From: the human T2T-CHM13v2.0 reference genome, Homo sapiens
Assembly: GCF_009914755.1 (NCBI RefSeq)
Contig: NC_060934.1
Strand: one strand, 5' to 3'
DNA: 64,000 nt
A program made the translations under genes and the position numbers. The notes below the pieces were generated by a model, which saw nothing but the letters and a program-made list of their open reading frames with translations, did not search any database and was not told the origin of the DNA. Shown in pieces: positions 1 through 13,829 of the stretch (position 1 is the stretch's first letter; the number at the start of each line of letters is the position of its first letter).

Positions 1-695
1 AAAGTATCTTGGTGTCATGAGCCTTAGAGTTATTTGAAATGCAGTTATGTGAAACCCCCCTCTATCTTTCATGAAGCCTCAGAAAGGAGTCCAGGGAGCC
101 GGGGTTTGTGGAAGTTAGAATTTATCTGATGATCCAGAGCTGCTTCTCCCCCACGATAGGTCACCGTGAATCGGAGTATTTTGTGGTTGGCCTTTTCAAA
201 CAGGCAAGCATTTGGTGGTTTGTCTTTTGTTTAATTTGTTACCAGATCACACAAGATATTTTTCAACAGAATTTCAGAAAGCATCTTGGGAAATCCACAA
301 AAATGGGCTGAGTCATCTAACCAGAAACAGTCCACACCACATCTGACTCTGAATGCCTGGCTTTTCTTTCTTTGGGGAGAAAGTTCTCAGCATCAGTTGG
401 ATGAAAGGGCAGGGAAGTCGAGATTGATTTGGGGTTTACAGGGACATAAAGAGAAATTACCAGCCCCAGACTCTGAAAATTTTTAAGGTATCAGAAAAGT
501 GCTTGTGATAGAACCTGATGATTGCTTTTGGTGCCTGGGATGGTTATTAAGGGTCAAAATAATGTGGAGATGCCATCATGGAAAAGTGACTGTGATATGA
601 ATCTGTTGCTAAAAATGATGATTTCAAGGAGCAGAATGACATTCCATCCACCTATGACACGCACTTCACATTTGGTTAAGGGTTAGGCCAAGAGC

Positions 696-701
696 TTTTT
701 T

Positions 702-799
<98 letters not shown>

Positions 800-866
800 C
801 TTTCTTTCTTTCTTTCTCCCTCTCTCTCTCTCTCTCTCCTCTTTCTTTCTTTCTTTCTTTCTTTTT
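696..866. repeat. Compound (TTTC)n/(TC)n polypyrimidine microsatellite
   Basis: About 170 bp of pure pyrimidines, TTTC and TC units, directly visible. Confidence 0.97.
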
Positions 867-1737
867 GTACAGCTCTTGCAGCTCTAAACCCACAAAGCAG
901 GTTAGGTTTCCTCTGGCCTGTGACCTAATCTTTAGTATTAGAGGAGGCACTGATTTGTTTGCTCTGATGTAAGCCCAAAGGGAATTTGGCTTCTTGATTT
1001 ATAACAGGATTGGGTTTCAGGCCTCTAACAGTTAAAACCGGTCTTCAGCAGAGACTCAAGCAGGGGGAATGAAAGTTACACAGTGCGTGGATTAGTCCTT
1101 TGGTGTTTTTGACACAGTTTCTTTTCATAGGAGAATCTTATTTCAAATAGGGAGGCGTTTCCCCGTTTTAGAAAATGCTTGTGAAATGCATGACTCATTA
1201 CGCCCTTGCAAAGAGCCAAAAAAAGTTCTGCAGAGTCTAGGACAGGACTAAACCGCAGCTAAGTCTAATATTTCAGTCTTGCTGAAACAGCTGTTCCCAC
1301 TCGGGTCCGAGAGCGGGTGGGAGTAGAGATGGTGTGTGGGGGGGTCCCCACTTCAGTTCCCCAAAGCATCAGCTGCTCCCTGTCTTGAACAGAATCAGCT
1401 CCAACAGGGAGAGGCTTGGACATGCCCGCCATTGACGCTGCCAGGCCTCGAACTCTCCTGAGAGTTGGATTTTTCCCAGTCTGTGCTATCTCACTCTTAT
1501 TTGAGGAATTTGAGTCAGAGCAAAATGTGGGCAGAGAAGGAGAAGGAACACCAACACCTCAATTATTGAGGGAAAAGACGTGCAGGTTTTCTGTAGCAGT
1601 GAACCTGAAGGAAGACACTGCTTTGTGTCTGGCTCCCAAAGAAAAAGGCCAAGTTGATCTTTCCTGTGAAACAGCTGAAGGTACCACCTTGAAAACTGGA
1701 TGTTTTCCCAACTGTGGGCCAAGTTTCAGCTTGAATA

Positions 1738-2331
1738 CAGTCATCCTCGGTATCCCTGGGGAACTGGCTCCAGCACACCCTCCCCACAACATCAGTGACT
1801 ACCCAAATCCACAAAATGGTGTAGTGTTTGCATATAACTGATGCACATCCTCCTGTTTGCTTTAAATCATCTCTACATACCTTATATCTAATACAAGATA
1901 AATGCCATTGAAATAGTCGTTGTACTGTATTTTTTGTTTGTATTATTGTTATTGTTTTTTTTTTTTTTTGAGATGGAGTCTTACTCTGTCACCCAGGCTG
2001 GAGTGCAGTGGTGCCATCTCAGCGCACTACAGCTTCCGCCTCCTGTGTTCAGGCCATTCTTGTGCCTCAGCCTCCCAAGTAGCTGGGACTACAGGCATGC
2101 ACAACCATGCCGGGCTAATTTTTGTACTTTTAGTAGAGACAGGGTTTTACCATGTTGACCAGGCTGGTGTCGAACTCCTGACCTCAAGTGATCCACCTGC
2201 CTTTGCATTCCAAAGTGCTGGGATTACAGACTTGAGTCACCGTGCCGGGCCGTGTTATTTTGTATAGTTTGTTCCATCTGCGGTTGGTTGAATCCACTGA
2301 TGTGGGACTCCAGTATATGGGCAGCGGGCTG
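1738..2331 (+). mobile_element. MER2 (TcMar-Tigger DNA transposon), split by an Alu
   Basis: TA then CAGTCATCCTCGGTATCC start; GTAGTGTTTGCATATAAC..GCACATCCTCC..TTTAAATCATCTCT body; CGGTTGGTTGAATCCAC near the end; all match MER2 consensus. Confidence 0.85.
1955..2251 (-). mobile_element. AluS (Sx/Sz-like)
   Basis: Poly-T then GAGATGGAGTCTTACTCTGTCACCCAGGCTGG; TGTTATT flanks both ends. Confidence 0.95.
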
Positions 2332-2646
2332 TGTGTCACTGGCCCCGTGTTAATAGGTACCTGTGTTTTCCTATTTGCTGTTATGTCAACAAAAACCGAG
2401 AACAATCCCTTCTAAGGGTGACTGCTTTTAGCTTCAAAATCAAGAACACTAAAACTCCAGCATCCATAGGAAAGTATCGCACGGACTTAACCATATCATC
2501 TTCCTGAGAAATGGATGGAGGCCAGGTGTGCTACCCGTCACTGAGCTTTATCCGGGGAGAGAGAACCAGGTGAGTATTGCCAGGTGGTGTTGGAAAGCAA
2601 CAGCAGCCATCCCCATACGCGGGAGAGGGTCCCAACCACATGTGGG

Positions 2647-2737
2647 GAGATGATTTAAAGGAAACAGGAGGATGTGCATCAGTTATATGCAAACACTACA
2701 CCATTTTGTGGATTTGGGTAGTCACTGATGTTGTGGG

Positions 2738-2738
<1 letters not shown>
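2647..2738 (-). repeat. 92-bp inverted copy of 1782-1873
   Basis: Reverse complement matches 1782-1873 at 91/92 positions. Confidence 0.95.

Positions 2739-2739
<1 letters not shown>

Positions 2740-2832
<93 letters not shown>
2740..2832. repeat. (GA)n microsatellite
   Basis: Near-perfect GA repeat with two GGGA interruptions. Confidence 0.97.
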
Positions 2833-2833
<1 letters not shown>

Positions 2834-2958
2834 CTTCCGTCCTCAGACCCAGAACAAGACTTCAGCATCTCAATAGCAGCAGGGAGTGGAACCTACTATT
2901 ACTTTTTTTTTTTTTTTCCTGATACAAACCATGCACTGAGTTTCAAAAGGGAATTTTT

Positions 2959-3252
<294 letters not shown>

Positions 3253-5931
3253 GGGAAATTTTTATTTATTGTTTACTAAGAAACACCATAAAATATTTTT
3301 GGAGTGTGTGTGTGTATGTGTGTGTAGTCAAAAACCACAGAATAATTGACACATGCCTTTTTGACAATCTTGTCTCTTAACACTGAGTTCAAAACACACT
3401 GACGCTGTCCTGAGAGGCCACCGACAGAGAGAAGCAGGGCCCCCTCTATAGAAGCCGTTTCTTGGGAAAGGTCCAGATTTCTCCCAGCACTTCCTCCTCT
3501 ATTCTCTCTGTCTGTTATTCATGCTACATCGGACATCCCATGCTGCGACTTCCCCCTCTTCAAATGGATTTTCAACAAAGTCTCTCTTTGTTAATCAAAA
3601 CTTTTTTGATTACTTTCTTTATCACTTTTTTTTTTAAATTCAGAAGTATTTTAGTGGCTTGGCTCCCTGCCGTCTCTCAAAACTGTAGTGAGGTGTGAGG
3701 AGGGCAGGAGCCGACCCCGTCTGCGTCTGCACAGACCATCGTTCTGTGGGTATCAAAGCTGCCATGTCCCTCCCAAGAGACACAGCAACATTTTGTGCTA
3801 CAATAGTTTACTGCATTTAGTATCCATTCATTATTGAAAAACAGATTTTTCTCATAGACTTGGACCTACCCCTCCCAGGAGAACGTTATGCAGAATTTTT
3901 CTGCATAACGATGTGGCTTATCTTTGATGTGGATAGAAGCCACTGGGCATCTCTGTTTGGGGCATTTCTTCTCTCCAACCTGCAGCGGGGGCAGCGGGTC
4001 ATTCCAGAGAGGACACAGCAGTGACGACGAGACAAAATCGGCGTTTGGGTTTTCCAGGCCATCCATATATTTGGCCCAAGTAGATTTACTAACCCACCAC
4101 TGTCACTGAAAATCCTCAACAGCACATTTTTGCTGGGGACAGAGAGGGGGAAGGATGGTCTGAATAAGGAAATGGCATGTGTGCTCACTGTGCTTACGCT
4201 TGGTAGAACAAGAATGTCAAGAAAGGAAGGCCTGGCGGGTGAGAACAGGACCCATTGTGCTGGAATCCTGTTGGCGGCAAACAGAGAGTTTCAGTCTGTG
4301 GTGAATTCACACTGTTACTAGGCATGGAAAACAATGAGAGTTTTATGAGACTTGTTTACACATCTAGAAAATACATCTAGCTCCTTGAAGCAGAGTGTGG
4401 TGGCAAACGTCTGACATTCAGTTACTATGCACAAAAGAGTTCCTTCCCACAAGGCCGGCAGGTTCGGGAAGTCCTCCCGTATTCGAGGTACCAGGAGCCA
4501 TAAATCCATATTTAATTAGCTTTGAACGAAATGCAAGAGATGATAGGCTCTTTGTGCTAAAAATGAAACCAAAACCGACCGGGTTGATTTATGTCTAATT
4601 CAGAGTTGTAATTTAATTGAAACGACATCCTGAATTTTAAAAATCTCTCTGGCAAAGCCCATCCCACGTGAAATTCAAATTCAGAGTCTTAGGGCTTAGG
4701 AATCTCCATGTTCTGATTCTCTGCCACATTGCTTAAGATGTTTACTCAACCCTCTTCAACAGCTTACTTCCTTAACTGGCTTGCTTCTCATTAAATCACT
4801 GCATTTCTTAGTGACTCAAAGTTATGAAGCTCAAGTTTGAATACAAACACGTCGGGATTTCTTAATGGATAACTTATTTGACAGTCCTTAGCTCTCCTCT
4901 TCACCAGGCACATGTCTATGGGAGGAGGCTGACGCTGAGTTTAAATGTTGGCTGCTGAGGCAAAGGTAGAAATGAAAAGGTCAAGAAAACGATGAATTTA
5001 GAAACTTGTGCCAGATGGTGAAATAGAGATCTCAATAGATAGTGAAATCTTAATAGTACACCTGGAAAATATAGATTCACAATCAAAACCTTAGCTGTTA
5101 TGCAAGTTTTACAAACAAAAAAAGAGGAATTCCTCTAAATGAAAGCTTCTATCTTCTTTTACTCTAGTAAGAGCAAAAAAAGAATGTAAAAGTTATGAAA
5201 TAATACTATTTCAATAGCAGGTTAATGAATTATTTTTGAATAACTTGAAATATATGCGTGCACTCATACATGATCAACTTCCTTCGGGCAGGTTGCCCAA
5301 ATGCTTTATTCTTGCTAAGGTGTTCATTACACACAACACCATGTGGCCACCCTGGGCGTGGGCATCCCTGCAAACCACAGCACAAGGTTCTCTGGGCCCC
5401 TTCGCAGTCGACCTCAAAGCAGCCACTCTTGGTGTTCTTTACGTCGACTTTTTTTTGCACAGCAGGATGTCTTGAGGGTCCCCAGGCCATTGTGTGCATG
5501 AAGTGTGCTCGTCCCTCTGCAGGTGACACCCCGGCTTGTGGTGAAACCCTGGCTAGTGGATATGCCGGCATCCCCTGGGATTCCAGTCCATCAAGGTGGC
5601 CACCGGCCACCAGGGCTTGTAAGAAACCCTGCTGGGGCTTCTCACCTCCTCACCTCCTACTCACCCCACCAGGCATGGGATGCAGCTTGCGTCTCTTCCT
5701 TTGGGGGCAGGCTCCTTACCTTCTAGACTCTGGCTCATTTAGGTTCTTCTGGGTCCTCAGTGTTCCCACAGGCTGTAGGAGCCTATGATATTAGAGACGA
5801 TCTGACTGTTCCTCACTGTTAGGCTGTGTATGTCTCTCTCTATGATGTTTTATATCCTAACCAGAAGGAAAAATCTCCAAATACCTGAATATATACATTT
5901 TATATATCTCCTTTGGAAAAAAAAAAGCAAT

Positions 5932-6261
<330 letters not shown>

Positions 6262-6382
6262 TTATTTATATTTATTTATTTCCCTCCCAGCTATTGAAGG
6301 TTCCCAGACCTGCAGGTGGGCCCTGGAGTTGAGGGTCCCCCACAGTCCGCCCCTCCCCGGCTTCTGTCCAGCAACCCTCTTT

Positions 6383-6452
6383 CTTCACTGAGCCCTGTCC
6401 CCTGTCCCCAGCACATGCTTCACTGAGCGCTGTCCCCTGTCCCCGGCACACG
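6383..6452. repeat. 35-bp tandem duplication (2 copies, 3 mismatches)
   Basis: CTTCACTGAGC(C/G)CTGTCCCCTGTCCCC(A/G)GCACA(T/C)G twice. Confidence 0.9.
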
Positions 6453-7869
6453 GGTTCCCTGCCTTGCTGTGTGTTACCTTCTGAAGGTAAATATTTTGTA
6501 CCACCCTGGAGTAGGTTGACTCTTGTTTTGTAGAATCAGGAAGATTTAGCGATAACTGGAGACTATCTGATATAAATAAAATTTTACTGTATACATGAGA
6601 AATAGAAGTCCCGGTATTTTTAACCTATAGACTGTATAGTATAACTATTTTAATTTAGACTGAAGTGTTTTTAGCACCCTCCGGCAACTTAGAAATATTC
6701 ATTTAGTCCTTTCTTTATCAAGTAAGAAAATGAACTGCTGCTATAACAACAGTCTTTATTAACTGACCACAGAATAGACAAAATAAAAACTGGAAACATC
6801 ACCCACCTTTTCTGCTTTTTACAAATTCTATTTAGGAAGCATGAGTTACCTCTATTATTAAATACAATGAGCATTGACAGCAAAGCAATTATAATTTTAA
6901 ATCAAAATTTTAGGAGAAGCGAAGTTTGGGTTCCTCAGCTATTTAGTTTTCAACACTTGGGGAGTAGTCATTTAGGTAAGTATTTTTAAGGTACTGTTTG
7001 AGGTGTCTACATGAGTGTGAGTGTGCACACCACACCTAAAATACAGAGAGATGCCTCTTCCACAAACTTCAGTTTATCAAACTGAAAGTTCTTCTCAACT
7101 AATCTGAGAACCAACTTGTAAGAAAAAAAGAATTTCTATTTAGTGTTGGTGGCCAACTGGAATATTCTTAACACTAAAACTCAATTTTACAAAACTACTG
7201 TTTTAAATTCTTCCTCTTAGACTCATTGTTTTATGTTTAATTTCTGATCCAAGAGAATTTTCAGCTTCATTTAGCATTTTTATCTCCTCCACCCCCAGCT
7301 GTAAAGAAAAAAAAACAAAAAAAACCAAATTGGAATTGTAAGCAGTTGAGGCAGGAATCCAAGAGGTCTTTTCCTGCGATTCCAGCCCTTTCTGGAGGGT
7401 TCTGCCCTTTCCCCTTCAGGCATCTGTTCTGTCTTCTGTGAACCTGCTGCCCACACGGGAACGCTGTTTCTCATACTCTGGGCTCTGGAGGCTTTCACGT
7501 CCATCCGGCTGTGTCCATCCTGGGCACATTTGCCTTAAACATCACTTAAAGGGTTGCCAAACAAGTCAGTAATCAAGACAAATAATACCTTAATGCAATT
7601 TTAAAGTCAAAACTAATGCAAAAACATCCACTACGAATAAGATATTAAAATCTTAACTCAAGATGAGGTTATTGCCTCTATTCTATTTACACTTCCAAAG
7701 TCACTAACTCTGATGAATTGCCAATATCTAAAAACACATCATTCTGTATTCCATTTCTATGTTATATGTAAATTTCAATCTTATGTGCTTAAGTTATTCC
7801 TTTTATTTCCAGTATTTTATTCGTGTGTTTGGGGTATGATGGTGGGAGGGTCCTTTTTACACTTTTTAT

Positions 7870-8058
7870 CTTTTGCTACTAGCTGTATGACATTCAGCAA
7901 GTTACATAGTCTTTCTTTTTCTCGATTTCTTCTTCCATAAAATGAGAATGAGTATCTGCCACACAAGGCTATTAGAAGGCTCGGTGAATTGGCACCTGTT
8001 AAGAACTGAGAGCGACACCTTGCAAAAGTGACTATTGTATGTGTTGACCTTTATTATT
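7870..8058 (+). mobile_element. MIR
   Basis: CTAGCTGTATGAC..GCAAGTTAC..TAAAATGAGAATGA core similarity. Confidence 0.6.
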
Positions 8059-8619
8059 GCTGTTTTTGTTGTTGTTGCTGCTGCTGTTGTCTTTCCTGTT
8101 CTATTACAAGTCAGATTCCTTTGTGTCTCACCCGTGGTGTCTGCGGTGAGGACCAAAAGACTCTCCCACATGGTTGCCATATTTCTCAGCATTCATTCCC
8201 CTTCCACGCTTGGAATCGTTTAGCTTTCCATTCCTGCAGCAGCTGTACTGGAAGCTGCGTGTTGTCTGCTTTGATGAACATAGCCTGGGATGCTGTGGGC
8301 GCGAAGGCAGAAGGAAGCAGCTCCCGCCAGCAGGAGGGCCCTGCTCCACTCTTAAGCCTCCGAACCACAGCACTTTTAAGGAATCCACTCAGCTGTGTAA
8401 ATTGAAGGATTCCAGAAAGCATCCTCCAGGGTGACGCTGACCTAAAATTCTACCACTTATCTTAGGCTAAGCATTACATTTTGTATTCAACCCTCTTTTC
8501 AAACGCCAAAACCTTTACTTTTTTCACCTTGGCATAAAATAATTTAACAGGTACCTCGCAGATGGGGGAGTAGTTGGGATGAGATACCCAGGATTTCAAG
8601 AGAGTAATTACCCAACTCT

Positions 8620-9110
8620 TCAATGAATACTTATTACACATCCGGTAAGCGTTCAGCTTGTACAGGGATCTGAAGATACGAGGAAATGAGCAACGCGGTT
8701 CTTTCCCTCAAAAGTTAATGGGTAAAGAGATACATGGGAGAAATGACAAAGTGTACTTGGGCTGAATTGGGCACTTCACTTCTCTGTGCTGTGGTTTCTG
8801 TACTCTGAGGACTTAGTGTAGAGAAATGCATAAAGACATTGATTCATTCCAGGTACTGGCACGTTACAAATCCTCGGGAAGTGTAAGCTGTTGTTCTTAT
8901 CAACCATAGTAGTAGCAAGATCTTAAAAGATCAGTGAGCCGGGAAGCTCTCACAGCAAAAAGGGTGGGTGAGTGGGCATTGAGGAATGAGTAGGAGTTTG
9001 CCAGGCAAACAGGAGATGGGAGAGAAGAAGAGGATTCAGGCATAGAAAACAGCAATAGCAGAAGCAGAGACATGGGTAGAATAGGGCAGATGGGAGCCGC
9101 AGAGAGAGTG
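8620..9110 (-). mobile_element. L2 3' fragments with an interposed MIR (about 8760-8900)
   Basis: Degenerate L2 motifs (GAATGAGTAGGAGTTTGCCAGGCA); MIR tail (CTGGCACG..GTAAGCTGTTGTT). Confidence 0.5.
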
Positions 9111-10469
9111 AGCCCAGTTTCACAGTAGGATTTACCCCACATGGACCCTCTGGTGACCACAGGGCCCCAGGACAGGCACTGCAGGACGGCTGGTGAGCAG
9201 CTCCATTTGTGGGGTTTTGGAAGCATCGCACATAAACCTACAGAGCCTTCTTTTCTTTCTCCTTTTCTTTTTTCCCCACCAGGGGCACATTTCTCTGTTT
9301 ATATTTTCTCTCATTCTAAAACCATGTTGACAGATATGATTATTTACGAGTTCGTTAATAAACATTTACGGCAATTGATATGGAAAACAAAGTATGTGAT
9401 CCATGATGAATCAGAAAAAACATCCTCACAATATATGTAACAGAGTGATATATAAATATAATGGACATCTTTACTTTTATAAATGAATGTGAAAATATTA
9501 CAAAGTAACAATTATACATATATATTTCTCAGGAAGAGAGTGCAAATGCCCAATACCTACAGGAAAATAAGGTAACTCATTGTAATTTATTTTCTCTCCT
9601 CTTCTGATGTTTCTCCTCACCTCTTTTTTTCTTGTGAGAGCTAGAGGATAATTCAGAATAAAGTCCCTGCTCTTCTGTGCTATGCTAGACTACAAGTATT
9701 TCAAAGGTTGAGGCTATGATTTCTCACAGTAACACCCACTGCATCTAGGGCAATGTCTCAAGTGGCGTAAACACTGAAACCTTTCACTTGTGTAACACAT
9801 TTTTGTTGCTCACTTATATGAGTCAGCTGCTGTTCTAGTTCTTTGAGATACATTGTTAAACAAAGGAGTCAAAAATGCCTGTCTTCCCATAGCATAGATT
9901 TCATCAGGTAGAATGAGGAAATGGTGGAAATGGACACAGAAGATATACGAGTAAGCCACACAGAATAGAGCAGGAGAGAAATTCTATTTATGTCCAACAG
10001 CAACTATTTTGTAAAATAATATTTCAAAGGCTTGGTGTAGCAGGGAGGTAAGAAGTTTAATCAGAAATGCTGTGACCGGATCTGAAGGTTAAAGCCAACA
10101 TGTATTGATGATGTGAATTTGCTCACCTTAAAAGACATTTCTTAAAATAAAATGATTCTAAAATTCTAAATTTGGAGGAGGCTGGGAGGGTTCAATGAGC
10201 ATCATAATTTATACTTCTGGGAAAGAGGATGTAGAAGTGAGAGAAGATACAGACCCAGAGAGGAGGGTTTCACTCCCAGTCTCAGAGGCAGCCTTGCAGC
10301 CTCATGTTTCTCATGCATTTGGAGGCATGGCCTTTATAAATCCCACTCATCCAGGGTGACTTCCGCCCCCATGAAAGTGGGAAAACATGGACAAACTACT
10401 GTTCTATCAGAAGCCCTCACAAAACACCCAACACTTTTTTTTTTACTCAAAGACATGTTAAATGTTTAA

Positions 10470-10590
10470 TTAATTAATTCACTAATGAAGCCCGTAAGCT
10501 GTGCCAGGCATTGCTGGAACTGATGGGGGTTCATCCTTGAGTAACATGACAGCAACCAGTCTCCCTGGAGCTGATATTCCAAAAGGAACT
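10470..10590 (-). mobile_element. L2 3' end
   Basis: GCTGTGCCAGGCATTG..GGAGCTGATATTC resembles the reverse-complemented L2 tail. Confidence 0.55.
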
Positions 10591-10669
10591 TTTCCTAAGT
10601 CAAGGTTACATCTGAGCAAACTCAACATCTGATGATTCCTTTCCCAATGGCCCAACCTTCTGCCAGCTG

Positions 10670-11177
10670 ATTATACTGAGAATCAACAGGTTTTGGGTTT
10701 TTCCCACTCCATCCCCTGCCTCTCACCCATTCTCCATGACTGATGTCCTGATCTTGTCCTGGGAGGCTGACCCTAAAGGATGGTACTAACCAGCTCCCTG
10801 GCTGGCTGCCTTCCTGTGGGGTTGGCCAATGAAAGTCACTGGCTGGAGACAGGAGGACGGAGAAGAGGGAGGATGTGGTATTTTCTCTTTGCTCTTGGAG
10901 CATTAGCGCACGGGCAGCCCCTGTGTCCATCCAGGGTGTTAGTGGCCACCGCTGGTCGGCTGCTTCTCCGTAGCTCCATGTCCCACTGAGTGCTGGCAGC
11001 TCCATTTCCTTCCTTGCTCTCTCCAGCCTTCCTGCTATTGCTGGGCTCAAGCGGCCCCAGCACCCCTTCAGAGACCCTTAGCTCTGCCCCAAAATCTGTA
11101 AATAGTCTTTCCATCAGTGTCTCTCCTCTGAAAGGTAAGAGTGCAATTCTGCTGCCTGCCAGGCCTCCGCCTGATAA
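10670..11177 (+). mobile_element. LTR33-like ERVL solo LTR
   Basis: GGGAGGCTGACC..GGGTTGGCCAATG..GGAGA..GGTATTT and CTGTAAATAGTC motifs; ends CTGATA. Confidence 0.7.
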
Positions 11178-12230
11178 TCCAGCTTTGCACCAAGAAAGGG
11201 AATCTTGGTGAGAAGCAAGGAGATGAATGCATGCTCTAAGCATTAAAATCTCAGGCAAGGCCATGCTGATGTACAGCTCATGTGGACAAGTGAACACAGA
11301 AACGAGAGTGTGTATGCGGAATCCATCACAGAGCATCCACAGCCTGTGGTGACAAGTTCCCCCGCAGGAGAGCAAGCTGGGGATCACAGGAGTGTGTGTG
11401 TGTGGAAGGCACTGTGTCTTTTTCGCACATCCAAGAAGGCTCTTCTGAGAAATGGGCTTTTAGGAATTACTTGAGTCAATAAAGTTTTGGGCCCAAAGAC
11501 CTAGTATCCCCCCGAAAGTGTGAAGGTCCAGAGATAAGAAAGAGTGATGATATCTAGTCAAAGCTAAAGCTGAGCCAGTTCCCCAGAGTGAAGAGGAATG
11601 AGAACCTATAGAACTAAGACCCTGGAGGGAAGGTGAAGATTTATGTCATTGTGGGGATGGATGTGAGCTGTTGAGTACTTGGGGCTTTATGGGGAGTCTA
11701 ATGAAATGCCATCAAAAGACCAGCTGAGGGGGCATCACACTCACATTTGTGGTGTTGTGGATGAGGCTATTGTCTGACTGAGAGGGGCTGGAGGGGGAGT
11801 TGAGGAATTAGTGCAGTCCCGAGGCCATGGGGGCAAGATCTTGAACGAGTCCATCACAGGCCTCCATGTGAAGAACTAGATTTGAGAGACAAGTAAAACA
11901 GGATTGAGTTCAGCACCCAAAGGTTGCTTGTAGAACAAGAGATAAAGTCACCCTGAGCAGAACCCAGAGCGTCTTGTTGGGGAGGTTCTTGATCACTTTA
12001 ACGGGACACTTAGGATCAAGCCACATCCCAGAAGGCAGGAGATGACCGCTGCCTCCAGCCTGTTGGGGCTCAGCTCTGCGCTGAGGCTTTTCAGAAAGGC
12101 CTGTGGGTAAATCGTTAGAAAGAATGGGCCACAGAGACAGGCACATGCACTTGCCTGTATGTATCCTTTGTGTTTGATGTTGTTCTTTGAAGTCTTCTAG
12201 AACTTGCTATAATTGACCAAGTCTTATGAT

Positions 12231-12390
12231 TGAAAGAGTGAGGCTTTGAGGCGTCTCAGACCTAAGGTCAAGGGCAGCTCTGCCCTCATTGGCCATGTGA
12301 CTCTGGGAAAGTGACATGGCCTTCGTTTACTAGTCTATGAGGTGGGGATAATAACAGTAAGAGCACAGCACTGTGGTAAAAACGGATGGC
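12231..12390 (+). mobile_element. MIR
   Basis: GGCTTTGAG..CAGACCT..TGTGACTCTGGGAAAGT..GGGGATAATAACAGTA. Confidence 0.65.
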
Positions 12391-12799
12391 TTCAGGTGAA
12401 CCTGCTGACTCACAGCGGGTTCCCTGCGACTTCAGTTCTCACTCAGAAGACATAATCCAAACTGTCTAGTGCTTAATGGGTATGTTTTCTCTCCCTGTCT
12501 GCTTCAACCCCCTGGACTTGCCCCTGAACCTCCTCCACCCCCCAAAAACTGTAAATACCTTGAGTTTGGGGGGACACCTTATAAATAAGTATTCCTGCAT
12601 GAACTGTCCATCGCCACAGGCTCTTAGTAAAGACTTGTTGGATTGCATCGGATTGCTATCCACACTCAGCAGCCTGACCCTCAGCAAAGCTCAAGGATTC
12701 AAGGTGATGGGCAAAGCAGGCAGTTTTGAGTCCTACTGGGAAGCTGGAGTGGGCTGGGAATGCCGGAACCTCACTCGGCATGTTCCAAAGCAGAAGCTC

Positions 12800-12977
12800 T
12801 TGGTCTTGACTGAGTCTTAGAATTAGCTGGGGTGGGGTAGGGGAGGTTTAAACATCTCTGATGCCCAGGCCTCACTCCAGATCCATCACATCAGACTCTC
12901 TGGGGGCAGGACCCAGGCATAAGCATTTCACAGCTCCCTGGTTGCTTTCTATGTGGAATCAGGGTTGAGAAACTCTG
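12800..12977. mobile_element. MER5A (hAT-Charlie)
   Basis: GATGCCCAGGCCTCACTCCAGA..ATCAGACTCTCTGGGG..CCCAGGCAT..GGTTGAGAAACTCTG. Confidence 0.7.
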
Positions 12978-13440
12978 TTCTAGTCCACAGTATCACCAGC
13001 AGACATGGGGAATTACAGCCATGTCATAAGTAACCCTTGGACTGCACTGCCTCTGATAAGATCCACAAGGTCATTGCCTTTCTACAAGTCATTGATGATG
13101 GGAATCCCTGATCATTTTCAAGATCTCAGTCATGAATATTGTGGATTGAAAAAGAAATATGTAGAAACAGGAACAAAATACTTTCATTATTTCTTATCCT
13201 TTGGCATACATTGAATTAGAAAACAAACCATCTAAATACTCTCACTTCAAGTTTAAATTTTTGTGAACTCTGGAAAAATAGTTTATTTATTAATTCATTT
13301 ATACACTCACTCGTTCAGCTACGATCTTCAGCAAATTGTATGTGGATTTTCCACTAGAACATAAGACAAGAGGGCATTGCCTGGTGTTCATTCACCATGT
13401 CTCCTTCACCCGTAACAATGCCGGGGACACCTCGAGTGCT

Positions 13441-13829
13441 TGTATTATTCTATGCAGGCTGCCATAACAAATACTACACACTGGGCAGCTGAAACCCAGA
13501 AATCTATTTTCTCACAGCTCTGGAGGCTGGAAGTCGAGATCAAAGCATGGGCAGGGTCGGTTTCTCCCAAGGTCTCTCTCATGACTTGTAGATGTGATCT
13601 TTCATCGTGTCCTCACAGGGTCATTCCTCTGTGTGTCTCTGCGTATCCAAATGTCCTCTTCTTCTAAGGACACCAGTCACATCGGATTAGGGTTCATCCT
13701 AAAATAACCATTTTAACTTAGCCACCTTTTAAAATGTCCTGTCTGAAAATACAGTCACATTCTGAGGTTGTGGGGATCAGGGCTTCAGCGTATGAATTTA
13801 TGGGGGAGGGCAAAATTGTGTTTATAACA
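13441..13829 (-). mobile_element. MLT1B-like MaLR solo LTR inserted into an L2 tail
   Basis: TGTATT..GGCTGCCATAACAAATAC..ATAACA; 5-bp TSD GTGCT/CTGCT; L2 tail sequence on both sides. Confidence 0.85.

Noticed and set aside
666-950. K/E/R-rich ORF, and similar ORFs at 2577-2922
   Set aside because: Translations of TTTC and GA microsatellites
1920-2267. ORFs with LSPRLECSG-type peptides (also 31417, 44527, 60522 and others)
   Set aside because: Alu translations
5258-5788. 176-aa ORF overlapping several others
   Set aside because: No recognisable domain; overlapping ORFs on both strands are expected in stop-poor GC-richer DNA
10836-11387. Longest ORF (183 aa, minus strand)
   Set aside because: Largely antisense to the LTR33-like element; no recognisable homology
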